Source: Eledone cirrhosa (lineage: Eukaryota). From it: 64,000 nt of DNA. The DNA lies in contig OZ024743.1 in the NCBI GenBank assembly GCA_964016885.1, forward strand, positions 121,086,001-121,150,000. Reading direction: 5' to 3'. Within the stretch, counting starts at the first letter, position 1. Every line of letters begins with the position of its first letter. The translations under genes and the position numbers were made by a program. This document shows, in pieces, positions 1 through 13,600 of this stretch. The notes beneath the pieces were generated by a model, which was not told the origin of the DNA, made no database searches, and saw only the letters and a program-made list of their open reading frames with translations.

Positions 1-1347
1 TAGTTCGCAATAATAGACCAATTGTCGTCACAACATCGAATAGCAGCAGGACACCGTCACCGGCTCTGGTTTGGAATTATTGCTGTTTCTAAACATCAAA
101 TAATCAGCTGGCACTTATATCTGAATTTTCGAAAGCGGTTTTGTGCGTTGTTATCAGATTGAAAACCGTTCTGAGAATTTCTTCTCGTCTTTCCTTTGTT
201 GTTTTAAATGGCTGACATGTAGAGACCGAACATTCCATCGCAACATTTGCTGCCTTCTCCACATTATCGTTTTTTTTTTTTATGATATGCAGTTGTGCAC
301 ATGCGGCTAACGATATTAGTGAACAAGATATGGTGAGAGCGGATGAAGTCGAAACATTGAAATCAGTTGTTACCTCATCGATCCTGTCAGTATTTATATG
401 CTCGTTTCAAACCATTCAATTTGAAACCTATGTAAAATTCCACATTTGTCATGATATACAATGTTAAACACAACAAACAATTATGATCGAAGGAAGAAAT
501 ATTGTGTTTCTCCATAACTAATAGGGTTCATCATGGAGTCACAACAAGAAAGAGGTGCAAACTGAGAGGAGATTATATCCATGAATTTGAAAATCGATAA
601 ATGCCATAAATACTAAATTTAGCTAGAAGAGGTGTACAGGTAAATGTAAAAATATATATTCCAGACTAGCAAATTCTTCAGGATTTAAACTCAAGACCGG
701 GCATTAATATTTTCTGACTCTGTACTAGTTTTATATGGATTGTGTTTTATATGGATGTTAAAACCATTTCTCATCCATAGCATTTCAAATAGAACATAGC
801 TTTTATTTTTATATCTGGGAATGTTATTTTTATATCTAGATCAGCTTGAAAGAAAATAAACCGACCTTTTATACCTGAAGTGTAACATTATAAACGTTTA
901 TCCTCTTTATCTTGCATAGCACAACTACCTTATCTACGAAAAGAAATGAAGCTTCATTCATTCTGCCACAATAAAAATGAAGTTACATTCTTCGTTCTAT
1001 ACCTCGAAGGTTCTCAGTAATTTTAATAGGGCCAATTATTGATGCTCGAAAGAGCTGTTCATTTTACAGCGGTATATAACAACTCCATTTTATATCCTGA
1101 TAATAGGGTATAATTTGGATCATATATATTATTAAAAGAATTATCTCAGGCCATGTAGGCACAGTAGACTAATTGGAATATCAAGGGACATGTAATGGGT
1201 ATCAAACAGAAGATAATTCTATTTTACTAGCATTAGATACACTCACGCAGGTATCGATTTTTGCCTCCCACTTTTTATTTCACATGAATATGACCTCACA
1301 GGGAGTAGCATTAATGGACAAAATAATACATACATGCACGCACACAT

Positions 1348-1405
<58 letters not shown>

Positions 1406-1418
1406 ATTTATATGCATG

Positions 1419-1450
<32 letters not shown>

Positions 1451-2461
1451 TATATATATGTGTGTATGTGTGTGTGTGTAAGTGTATTTTCGCGTTTGTG
1501 TGAGTTTGTGACAGAGAGAGAGAAAGTTAGAGAAAGAGAAAGAAATGCCTTCTATGTGTCCATGTTTTCTATAACAAGTGATCGACTGATTTGTGTACTC
1601 CATCCTGTACTAATGATCAGAATATAGTTAGAATTCATTCTTAACAAAAAATAGAATAATTCAAGAAATTTATAATGCTACCACTGAATATTGAGGTGAT
1701 GAAGCGAGGAAATTACATTTTTTTCATAATTGTAGGAGCTGCATTATTAGTGATCTGTTCAAAGAATACATAACTGACAATTGCCAGAAATTATTAGTTG
1801 GTGTTAGATGAAATCTTAGTCTGATAATGTATAATGACAAATTAAATAGCATGTACAAGAAAAATGTTTTTTAAAAGCACAACTAAATAAAGTAAAAGAA
1901 ATGTAACAGAAGGAACAACGGAAAGTTAAGGGGAATGTACCAGAAATAATTCACTTTGATTGCTATCTGTCAGTATCGTACACAAATTTCAGGGTCTGAC
2001 CAGTTTAAAATGATCGATGAAGAGAAATTCCAAAGGGCAATGGTATATTTCTATCGATGAGCTGAAATATTTCCCAGGGAAATCTTAAATAGATGACATT
2101 CGTGTCAGAAACCATTTTCTCCCTTCTAGCATGGTTTTAAGTTGACAAGATCTACTACTTTTCGGTCATTTCAGCAGCTTCATTATTCCTCCAGATTACC
2201 TATATTTCTCCAACGGTCTTGTAGGAATATTTCAATATATACGTATACCTTATTTGCTTTAAAGAATGATCATTCGGCTTACAAATAATAGATTGGCATA
2301 TGAAAGTGTCATAAATTTGCAGGATCTAAGTCGGAAGCAGAAGAAGAAAAGAAGAAATCAGCTAATCTTGAAATATATTTTCCAGTTATATTGAAATAGC
2401 TTTAGAGCATAATCTGGAAATCCTGTAGAATGTGAAGGGATTATCCCCCCCACCCTCTCTC

Positions 2462-2532
<71 letters not shown>
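2462..2532. repeat. (TATC)n microsatellite with no adjacent LINE
   Basis: Direct reading. Confidence 0.9.
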
Positions 2533-2694
2533 GTATATATCTCTCTCTTTCTCTCTCATTCTCTCACTTTCTCTTTCTCTCTCGGTATATATATATATAT
2601 AATATTTATAGTAAGAGTTGATTATATATTGATAGCTCTTTGATAGCTCATTCCTTTTGATTGTACCCGTACCTGTATATATATATATATAGCG

Positions 2695-2725
<31 letters not shown>

Positions 2726-3259
2726 GAGAATGAGAGAGACCTATCTATCTATCTTTTAATTTAGAGTTTATGTATTTGTTTACGTAACATTCTATTTCTT
2801 ATACTTTGTTCGGTGTGTTTGGGGTTTTTTAAAGAATATTTTGTTAGTGTACCTAATTTTTAGATATGTCTACACGTTTTCATATAATAATTTTGTTGTG
2901 TTTTGCAATTTCTTTTAATCAGTTTCTGCATCAACGGTACCAATTTGACGATTAAAATATATGAAGCCTCCTTACTTTAGATGTTGTCCTGGTGCACGTG
3001 TTAAACCCATACTTTATGTGAATAACAGATCTATAATGTTTTAAGATTTTTAAAAAGATTTTCCAATAGTTTTTCAGACCTAGAATATATTTTAATGTCA
3101 TTCATTTAGAGCAAACATTTATTTATTTCCCGCCAGCCATGGATCCATTGTCAGTATATTTTCGTAATGTATTTAACGGGACGGTAATAAGTCACAGAAA
3201 CGATATGAGCAAATTCCTTGGAATATTTCAGATTTTATAAAGATGATATAAAATCATAC

Positions 3260-4972
3260 CTGCTGAGGCCCCTCTTTCCAACCCGCTGGCCTACCTGTCA
3301 TATGGAGCCCCGTGCATGCCCCTAGCTGCTGATACGGCCATACCCTCGGCTACTGGGGTCCAACAGGGCGATCCTTTGGGACCCCTCCTGTTTGCCCTTG
3401 GTATTGACCACATCGCCCGGAGTATCACGGCCCCTCTCAACGTTTGGTATCTGGATGATGCTACGTTGGGCGGGCCCGTACGTACGGTCTGCCATGAATT
3501 TCAATCGGTGATTCCTGCCCTGGCGGGAATCGGCCTCCAGGTCAACTCGGCCAAGTTGGAGGTGGTGAACGTCAGCCTCGATGCTGCGAGCTTTGCAGCC
3601 TCCGTCTTGGACGTGCGGTCCATTCTGCGCCAGGTTCAGGTGACCCCCAAAGAGGATGTCCTCATCCTCAGGTCATCGATCCACCCGCCGGCCATCCGCT
3701 CCACCATCAGGTCCAGGATTCAACAGCTCCAGACACTCACGAGCCGACTAGGCTGGGATTGACGGCCACCCAGCTCTCTTTCTGCTGAGGAACTGCTTCA
3801 CCATGCCGAAGCTCCTCTATACACTCCGCAGCGCTCCATGCTACACCCAGACATCTCTCCTCGCCGACCTCGACACTTGTATCCGAGCAGCAGTCGAGGG
3901 GATATGCAACGTCAAGTTTGACGACATAGGGTGGCAACAGGCCACTTTACCTGTCAGGTATGGCGGCCTTGGCCTCCGGTCCCCGATCTCACTAGCTTTG
4001 CCGGCGTATCTTTTGTTGGTAACCTCGTGTCGCGTCCTCGTCAGCAGGGTTCTTCAAAACACAACAGAACCCTTTGTGTTTAGAGAACGTGAGGCTGCCT
4101 GTGAGATGTGGGACCGGTTGGGACTTAGCCCAGTAGACGTCCCTCCTCCTTCCCCCTGTTGACATCAAGTCCCCCCAACGCACTTGGGATGCCATCCAGT
4201 GCAGCCTGGCCTCAGACAGGATCACGCGCCAGCTCGACCAGCACCGCCTTGCTTGTTTTCGTGCGGCCTCCAAACCCCACAGTGGTTCCTAGCTCCATGC
4301 CCTGCCCTCTTTCTCCACTGGCACGCAGCTAGACAACCATAGCATGCGAATCGGCGTTTCCCTGAGGCTCGGCCTCCGGATCTGCCAGCCACACCAATGT
4401 CGCTGCGGTTCCACCGTGGACTCTTTCGGTCTCCACCCGCTTTTCTGTCGCCACAGTGCCGGTCGCATTCCACGCCATGCTGCCCTCAACAAGGTCATTA
4501 ACCATGGCTTGGACGCTGCAGGCTCCCTTCCCAGCTCGAGCCGGTGGGGCTGGATCGAGGGGACGGAAAAAGGCCAGATGGCATGACCATCTTCCCGTTC
4601 CGCGATGGCAAACCCCTCGTCTGGGATGCCACTTGCACCGACACTTTCTGTAGCTGCAACCTGGCGCAGTCTGCGACGAACTCAGGTTCTGCTGCGCGTC
4701 GGGCTAAGGGGGCAAAACTCCTCAAATACCGGTCGCTCTCCGACAGGTTTGCGGTCGTTCCCCTGGCAGTGGAGACTTCTGGTGTCCTCGGCCCGAGGGC
4801 TACCTCCTTACTCACCACCATAGGCGCTGAGCAGGCCAGCCGCGGGTGTGAGCCCCGCGAGTTGGAGTGCTTTTCCAGCGCGTCTCCCTTGCCGTCCTCC
4901 GGGGAAACGCCTTCTCCATTCTGTCCGCCGGGGCTGTGGGTGGGCCGCATCGCGTACCAATACATTAGTTAA
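3260..4972 (+). mobile_element. 5'-truncated, frameshifted non-LTR retrotransposon with restriction-like endonuclease (CRE-clade-like)
   Basis: Abrupt GC-rich island. RT motifs GVQQGDPLGPLLFALGI, WYLDD and GLQVN (3316-3762); QATLPVRYGGLGLR (3803-4162); Cys/His motif CRCG..H...C followed by RHAALN (4344-4586); RLE motifs RPDG, WDATC and PLAVETSG (4544-4972). Confidence 0.9.
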
Positions 4973-6606
4973 ATACCATTCTTTCATCTGATATATCTCT
5001 AAATTATATTTTGTACAATAATTTATTTATTACTTCTTGTATATGTATGTGAATGTGTTTTTAAATGTTAGAGTTCGGTGATAATTTATATATTTCCACC
5101 AATTTATGCTATTTTGTGTTGTCTTCAGCTCTGATTTATGACATGCAACTAGTTAACTTATATTTAGACATTAGCCTCAAATCTGCCTTTCCATTTAACA
5201 TGCTTGTCCCTAGATGAATGCCACACTACATAATGGTATGTGCAGTGATGACTCGTCTTATACATTGCTGTAGAATCTACTGGTAAGCACAGCACCGGTG
5301 GATAATATAGACACGATTAGGGCGTGACAGTTACAGTTACTCAGTACATTGTACTGTTCATTCCCACACTGTATTTGGAATTAGTGCGGCTGCAGATTCT
5401 ATAGATATTTCTGCAAATATATTTTCGTGTAGCTAATTTTTTTCTGGAAATATAGCACGGGATTTATATGGAACTCGTGATTTGTCTTTTATGTGTATAG
5501 TGTTGAATTGGATGGTTTGCATATATTTTATGTTCCCTGCTATACCAGGCTTGTATTTTCCAAGAGGCGTTGTATCTTTTGTATATGAATGGATTGCGTA
5601 GAATGGGGTTGAAATATTTGCTGATGTTGATGATAAAAGATAGATCGGTACATATGGGAGGGTATTTTGTTGTTTTTGAAGCAGTTATGTATCATCTGTA
5701 TTAGGTTAGTGAGTGAGCCTTCTGCATTTTTATTGTACTTTCGATTTGTGTATCTAAGTCATGGCAAAGAGAAACATTTGTAAGACTGTTTATCATGCTT
5801 ATTAGATGGTGATGTTATTGCATGTTGTTACATCCCTCAAGGTTTTGTTGGTCTGTAGAATTGATATATTTTCCAGCTTCCACATTCAGAGATTTTGACA
5901 ATGTTGTGACGAGTAGTTGTATATGTTGGTGAATGCAGCGATTACTTCATGCCTGCGTATTTTAAGTGTCTACTTCTAATTTACATAGCTTTGAGATTTT
6001 AAATTCCTCTATCGTTTTGGTGTGTCTGGTCGACAGAAATCCTCAATTACACATATAAAAAGCCAATCCGATAAAATCCAGAAACAGCCTTAAACATAAA
6101 ACACTGACTCCCCTACAGAAATAAAATTCAGCATCAAAAGAATAAGCTAGTTAACAAAAACAATATAAAATGGAAAACGTTTGTATCTAATATAAACTTC
6201 AAAACTAACAATAAAATCCTATATATAGCACCATGCTACATTTTGAATTGAGCTGCTTTAGGTATTACACTAGTTCATATATAATGTTCTTTATTCCTGA
6301 ATAATCTTTTCTTTAAATTTGTGCGTTGTAGTCTTTGGTAGATTAATTCCTAAGTATAGTTTTGTTTAATTATTTTACCTATCCCATAGGGATCCTACTA
6401 AAAAAAAACCGCAACATGGATATTGAATCTTAGACAACCTTCATTTACAATTGGCTTAAAAGGAATTATAAGATAAATTAAAAATAAGAATCTAATTGAT
6501 AATAACAGAGAGGGGAAGAACATTGTTAAACAACTTGATCTTGAGAAATATATTAAACCTTACAAACTTTGAAACCCCAGATTTACTCAAAGTATCATAG
6601 ATTCTT

Positions 6607-6790
6607 CGGCAGTATCGGTAGAGGATATAACGCCATGCTTTGCAGCAAAGAGTTACGGCCCTTTATGGTCTGAGTTCAAATCCCACTGAGGTTAACTTGC
6701 TTTTCATCCTTACGGGGTCGATAAAATAAAGTACCAGTAATACACTGGGATACTTGCTGGCCTTGTGCCAAAAGTAGAAACAGTTATTAG
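6607..6790 (+). mobile_element. tRNA-derived SINE (~185 bp family, about 12 copies in window)
   Basis: Box A-like GGCAGTATCGG, box B GAGTTCAAATCC, core TTTCATCCTTACGGGGTCGATAAAATAAAGTACCAG, (ATT)-type tail; matches the other copies. Confidence 0.85.
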
Positions 6791-8532
6791 TTCCTTCTAT
6801 GAAGCTACCCCCCTTCAGGTTTGCCTTAACCCATGTAATCTTTGTAAACACTATTTCAGTGATTCTTCTGTAGCGTATAATGATCTATAAGTCATTCATA
6901 TAAACAAGGCTTTATCTCCCATATAATTTGGTTCAAAACATTAACGTCACCAAAATAAAAGTGCAGAAAATTTCGCGAATATGTTTGTGGTGTGTGCATT
7001 TGCTGAATCAGTTGTCATGTTTGATGTGCTTACTTATTACTGACACTACCTTACTCGTGGCTAATAGATCCATAATGCACGGGTGGAAATCAATGTCAAA
7101 AACTATCTATCTAGTAGTCAATTTATGTTATGTTAAGATCATTATTTCTCCTTTCATAGTTTTCGATTATCGATTTTTTATCTAAAATTTATCATTACGA
7201 GCATATGTGTTTGTGCAAGTACCCCTTCAATTCTTCTGGAACTATGTGTCTGATTTTGTATTCCATTGTAATTATTTATCCTCTGTGATATTGTTGCAGT
7301 TAAGTTTCTGTAAGCTGTAGACAGGCTATAAGTGAACAGGTTCAGGGAGTTGCTTTTTTCTTCTTTAGTCCTGAGAATTATGACAGTTTTTTTTTTAATT
7401 ATCGGCAAGCCATTTCGATGCTATGTGTCATTAACTACTTTTCACATCTCGCAATTGTTCAATTACTGCATCTGTTTTTGAACAGTCTCATTTTTGGCAA
7501 TCCGTTCGCTGCCCATACTCCTCCTTATCTTTCTAGTTCACTTACTGTTGGATCTGCATTGGTTCAGATAATCTTTGATTTGGGAGTTTTTTGTTTGCTA
7601 TGTTATATTTACAGAGATTTTGTCATCTATTATTATTTATAGTTGTGCCTTTTCGTTATTAATTTCGTTCAAGATAGTGAGGACTTTTATTTTATTTTCT
7701 ATCTCTTTATGCAAGTCCTCCATATTGTTTGCATGTGTCTTACGCTATTATATTTCTTTATTCTATTTTTATTTTTTTGTATCTGCTTAGTCCATCTTAA
7801 TGATTTGGTCCCTCAATATTTTCACGATTCTTCTTTTAATCCTCCCACATTTCCATAATTCCGACGTTATGAGCCGCCTGCTCGACTGCATGTTAATCTT
7901 TAATAATTAGGATAAAAGAAGCATAATAGCTTTTTAAGTTACATTACGTTATGCATAAACATATATAAGAATATACATTTATGCTTGGTCTATATATTTG
8001 AGTTTAAAAAGACTAACGAATCAAAACGTAATATTTTATTAAGTTGAACAACACTTACCTGGTAGAAGAGACTGAACAGTAAAAAATATACTCTAGTAGT
8101 TTATCCAAATAAGTTGTAAAGTTTGGAAATTGAACCCTGACAAGTTGTAAAAAGAACGAAACTAATTGGTCCGATTCTATTTCTAAGCTATTGAAAAGCT
8201 CTGTGGCTTAGACATGAGACCAACTTTGAATATAAGACAAAAATAGCATGGATATGACGCCATATGCATACATATTAGTAAAGGTAATTTGTCCTGCTAA
8301 TACTAGGTGACAACTAAATTACCATTTACAGGCGAGATGATGGTATGAATAGAAAATTCAATTAGATATAGCTTAATTTGAAACAGAAGGGAATGTAAAA
8401 CTCAATGTTATGAGTTTGGTAATGTTGTCACTCGTCAAGTATTAGATATGTACTTCGACTACCATTAATGGGTTTGTGGACTTCTGCTGTTTTAAATTTG
8501 TGTTTAATCTAGAATGTTTAATATCATTTATA

Positions 8533-8582
8533 TAGATAGATCGATCGATAAATAGACAGACAGATAGATAGATAGATAGATA
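8533..8582. repeat. (GATA)n tract at 3' end of Tx1 copy A
   Basis: Imperfect GATA/GACA array just downstream of the element's AATAAA (minus strand). Confidence 0.9.
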
Positions 8583-8822
8583 ACTTTCTATTTATTTGCC
8601 ACCAGGGCATCAAAGACTGGGACAAATACAAGAGGGGGGAGTTTACATACATTTCAAGGGACGTGTAAAAACATAACACATCAAATTCAACAATCGAAGT
8701 CCTCAATAGGGAGGGGGCGTTGCGTGGGTCGCACACAGCCTCGAAAAAAATGTGCAACCCTCCTCCTCGGGAGCACAAAGAGCGGGTGCTCCCTTCCTCT
8801 CCTCCTTCTTCTCCTCTCTCAC

Positions 8823-11715
8823 CTACAGGCTGATATAGACAGAAGGCCCATTCACTCGGGCCATTCTCGCCACTTTCACCCACCTTTCATAAAACTTGCT
8901 GGGGTACAGCACCTCTCTCTCCATTCTAATCATTCTTCTAAAATGGTACTTGAAAAAAAGGACCAGTTGTTGGCCAGAGAGAAAAGTGTCTGACCTCAGC
9001 CCTTTCAACCTCGTCCACCAAACAACCTCTTTCGCCATAGTTATCACATAGAGGAAAACCGCTTCTCCTTCGTTTTTGAAGGGGGGGGAGGCGGTTTGAT
9101 CGTGACAATGTACTCGGTGGTCAACCGGATTGGTCCCACCCGCGACAGTAGTCGTTCCACATAGCCCCACAGGTCAGCAACGCCCGGGCAGTGTACGAAT
9201 GCGTGCGCGACAGTTTCCTCGTCACGCACGCATCTCGGACAGATCTTCTTCGAGGGGTCCCTACCCGGGCGCCCGTGTCTGTAGAGCTTGTCCTGAACGG
9301 GTAGAGCTCCTCGGTAGCACTGCCAAGCCAGGGACTTTTGGAAGTTGTCCATCGGTCCCGGGCCAAACGTCCTACCGAACAGACTGGCTAGCTCGTCTTC
9401 CTCCATGCCCAGAGCCTCTCCGAGAGCGTCGTCGCACTTGCTGCGCACCAACCCTATATAGATGTTGAGGTTGAGTCTCCACTGATTGCCAGATCCGCTT
9501 GCCAGAGGGCCGTGAGCGCCTGGATACATTCAATGTGCCAGTCGCCCACTTTTCTCGGTCTTTGCTTGATCCAGGATTGCAGCTCGGTGAGTGAGACGAG
9601 TCTTGGAAAGGCACCCTTCACAAAAGGGGCCCATACCGGCTGACCGCTGAAGAATACCTGGAGATGCCGTAGCCTTAATGCGTGTCTACGCATCATCAGC
9701 CACGGTATCCCCAGCCCGCCGTTCGAAGGGTGTTGACAGCAGATGGATCTTCTCACCAAAGGGGCCCGCTTCTTCCAAAGGAATCGGAAGAGCACGCGCT
9801 CCATTTTGGCGAGCGTTTTCGCTGGGCAAGGCACGACGGTCAAGCGGTAGTAGATGACGGACGCTATATAAGTGTTCGCCACCGCTACATAAGTGTTCAC
9901 CTCCACTCGACCTTTCAGGGATAGTTTGCACTCGGCCCACTTCTGGGCGAGTGCAAACACCCTGCCCGTTACCTCGTCCCAGATTTCCTCCACCTGGAGG
10001 TCCGGTCCGAAACAGACCCCGAGAAGCTTCACCGGTCCCTCCGTCTACCGTCCGACGACGCCGTCGGAGGGCATCGGTTTGCCTCTCCACGTTCCGAGTT
10101 GCAAACCGACGGGCTTGTCCTGGTTCAGCTTGGCTCCTGTAAACCTTTCGTATTCCTCCAGTAAGGTGCCGATCTGCCCGATTTCCGAGGTGCACGACAC
10201 CATTACTGTCACGTCGTCGGCGTAGAACGACACCGCTTATCGCAATCCCGGTTCCAAGGGATTCCCTGCAACAGCTCCAACTTCCGCAGTAGTGGCTTGA
10301 GAGCCAGCACATACAGAAGGGAGGTGAGATGGCATCCCTGTCGGATGGATCGCGCGATTTGGAACGGCTCCGAGATGTAGCCGTTCACCTTGACCCTCGA
10401 GCAGGTGTTGCGGCTGAAATCGGCCTTTCCCAAGACTTCGCCTCCCCGTCCGAGAGCCGCGGCAGACCGTCGGGGTATGGACCGAAATCCATGGCCTAAC
10501 CCGGCCCGCCGCCCCTCCCGAACAGTAGTGCAAAGCGCCGTTGAAAGGTCCAAGGATCACGTGTCCATCCTGGTCCTTCAAAGATCGAATCGTAGACTTG
10601 CTTCCATGTTTTGCCTGTCACTCGGGCCCAGCTAACAGCGTTGGCTCCCTCGTTACCCAGAGCACGTATTTTACTCCTGACAACACAACCCTCATGCTTC
10701 GCGTCAAATAATTGGTCTAGGGCCGTTCTTGACGCCAGCACTCCGGCCACGTTGCCCCTCCTAATCGCCATTTCTACTCTATCTATCAATTCCCTTTCAG
10801 TTCTATTCCTATCTGATGCTAATTCCTGACTAAAACCTATCGATTCTATTCTAATTTCTCTCTTGAGAGAGCCCCACCACCTGCTGTTGACAATTTCCCC
10901 CGTCAACCGCTGCTTAACTAGAGTGGTAATCCTCTTACTGTAAGCTTTGTTTGTCGGTAAGGACAAGTTTAGCTTCCAGTAACCGGGTCCTTGTCTATAG
11001 CTTCTAACAAGGTTGACCACTCCGGTCACCAACTTGTGATCCGAATAGTCAACCATGAACATTCGTGGACAGCTTAATATGGCCCTATCCTTATTTCTAA
11101 CTAGGAACCTATCTAGGTACGACCTAGATGTTCCGCTGAGATTAGTCCACGTCCACAGTGGCACAGTCGGAAAATCTAGTCGATATCTATCGGCCAGATC
11201 AAATCGGCCGATTAACCCTTTGAGGCTGTTACACCCCACTCTATCGGGACATGCCCCTATATAGTTTCAACGTGCATCCAGGATACTATTCCAGTCCCCC
11301 ACTAAAAGCAAGGAGCAAGACGTTCCCAGAAAAGTCTCTAGGCGTTGGAAGAAGTCCGGTTGCGGTTTCCCAGATGGGGCATACGCTGCCACCAGCCTGA
11401 AGGCTCCACCTTCACTACTGCCTACGTCTAGAACCACCAGTCTCGCCCTCCGGGTCCAGGTGTACCATCCGTGTTGCGAAGCCCAGGTGTTTTTACAGCA
11501 GAACGACCACCCCTCCCCACCACCCACTGACAGAGAGATGCATAGATCTCAAAGTCATCGAAGATAGGGGTCAGTTAGTGCTCGCTGCTGATCCTGGACT
11601 CGCAAATAGCTATCACACCCATTCTGTGCGACCTGAGGTTATTTAAGAGTTTGCCCTGCTTCCAGGACATCCCCAGGCCGCGCACATTTAAATATCCAAC
11701 TCTTATAACAGCCAT
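8823..11715 (-). pseudogene. Copy A ORF2 (APE endonuclease - RT - CCHC), disrupted
   Basis: Starts MAVIRVGYLNVRGL at 11715; pieces 11267-11527, 10496-11239, 10209-10553, 10045-10233, 9454-10032, 9044-9529 and 8823-9170. Confidence 0.9.
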
Positions 11716-11758
11716 GTTGGTGGTGAAGAGTTTAGAGTGGAGAAAAAGCAAAAGACAC

Positions 11759-13600
11759 CTACCTGTCCGTCTCATGGGGACCAGGCTGCACAATTTCCAT
11801 GGGGGTGTCGGCGGGGTTGTTTGGTGGGGTGGTGGTTTGGGATGTGGTGGGGACATCAGTGTGTGGTGGGGTGGGGCTGTTTGGTTGTTTGGTGTGGGAG
11901 AGGTGTCTGGGGTGGTGGTGGGGAAACATTTCAAGAGGACGCGGTTGGTAGGTCTAGTACAGGGGTTGCCCATGTCCTCGGGAAAGTTCTGTTTGAGCAT
12001 TGCGTAGGTGTCCCTTGGGATCCTAATCATTTTTAAATGCGGTTTAGTCGCCGCGTTGGTGAACATTTTACCTTCGGTTTCCACCGAAGGGTCTTTGTCT
12101 ATTGTTTGCACAGTGTTTTGTTGTTTGTGTTGATGTATGTATACTGTTTTTTTTTGTGTTGTGTTTGTTTTTGTTTGTTGTTCTTGTGTGTGTTTTCGTT
12201 TTGTAGTATGTGTTATGTTTTCGGGAGGTGTGGGGTTTTTTGTTTGTGATGTTTGTTCTGTTTGTGCTGGTGGATGTGTGTTTGTTGCATTTTTGTTAAT
12301 GTAGTGCCTTTTCTTTCATTTTACAGGTTGAAAGGGTTCTCCCTCGTCGTCACTGGGTGACGTTGATAATGGGTCCTCGTCCGTGTTGTTGGGGAGAGGT
12401 ATATTTTGGAGTTTTGTTGTGGTTGTTTTGTATTTGTTTTAGGTGGGGAGGGGTTGGGTGGGACAGTGTCTTGTGTTGTTATTTTTCCGTTTTGTTGTTG
12501 TGGTGGTGGTGGTTGTTGTGTTGTTGTGTGTGGGGTGGGCAGAAGCGTCTTTTTTGAGGGGGGGTATATAAAAGGGGACAGGAAGTCCTCAGGTGACCAC
12601 TTATTGAACAGTGGTAGCATGAAGGCCGCCTGCCCTCAACAGAAATGTTTATGAAGGCGACTCCATCCAGGGACACACGCTGCGGTATTCTTGCTATCCA
12701 TTCTGGTCTCATTTGGACCAGAACTTCAAGGCTATTGCCGCCGAATACGCCCCCGGTGGATTCGCTTATCGAAAGGATTGTGTCCTCATCTTCTAAGAAT
12801 CCCATTAGCATCCACCAAATGCTCGCATTTGGCCTGATGCCCGAGATTCTTATCTTTTGAGTTCTTTTCCCCAAATATGTGGGGGAAAAAGGTGTATGCT
12901 TTGGATATAATTGGCGACACAGAATATTTCCGTGCCGCCAATTCATCTTGCATTAAAACAGATATGCTTCCATACAGTTTCCCTTTCTGTATGAAAGCCA
13001 TATCCTTCCAGGCACTACTTAGGACAAGCTCAATTTCGCTTTGTGATAATTGAGCGGTTTCCTAGTCGTGTTCGAAACTGTCCTAAAGATTACAGTCCTG
13101 AGGACTCTGTCCCTTCTAATTTCTTCGGGAGAGGTGATTGCGAATTCCCCACCTTCCCCGAAATTTACACAATTCCTTGCTTCTTTCAGCAATTTCTTGG
13201 CATTCGAGATGTCCAGTGCCTTGTATGTCTGCGTTTCTCGGACCGCCTGTGCGAAGAAGACTGCAGCTGTGGGTCCATTTTCTTTCGTGTTGTTATCATT
13301 GTTGTTTGTTATTCGTGTTGGCTTGCTTTTTTCCTTTGTTGGTGTTGTCATTATTGCTGTTGTTGGTTGTGTTGTCATTGTCATTGTTGCTGTTGTTGGT
13401 TGTGTTGTTATTGTCATTGTTGATCTTGTTTGTGTAATTGTTATTTTGGGGTTTTCACCAATTTCCACAATTATTTCTTTTGATTCCGTGATGTCTTTTG
13501 CGGGAGTGAGGAGGGAAGGATTACAGCGTTGTGCTGCTACCTTCTCTCTATCACTTTCCTTGGAGGGGGGGGGGGGCATGCGTCGGATTAATGGCGTCCA
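11759..13600 (-). pseudogene. Copy A ORF1 (gag-like RNA-binding protein, zinc knuckle CYHCSISGHLRTSC), frameshifted
   Basis: Track ORFs 13019-13579, 12786-13001, 12479-12946 and 11575-12111 align with copy B ORF1 pieces (RTV.FRTVSNTTRK, QMRPE.I..IP); ends MEIVQPGPHETDR-TAG at 11759-11761. Confidence 0.8.

Noticed and set aside
1173-1627. ORFs rich in YI/CV/HT repeats (also near 24.2, 30.3, 36.5, 42.2, 47.3, 48.2 and 52.4 kb)
   Set aside because: These are translations of (TA)n and (CA)n microsatellites.
5250-6090. Possible very old Penelope relic (partial GATAAAATCCAGAAACAGC motif near 6070)
   Set aside because: Too decayed to support with protein motifs.
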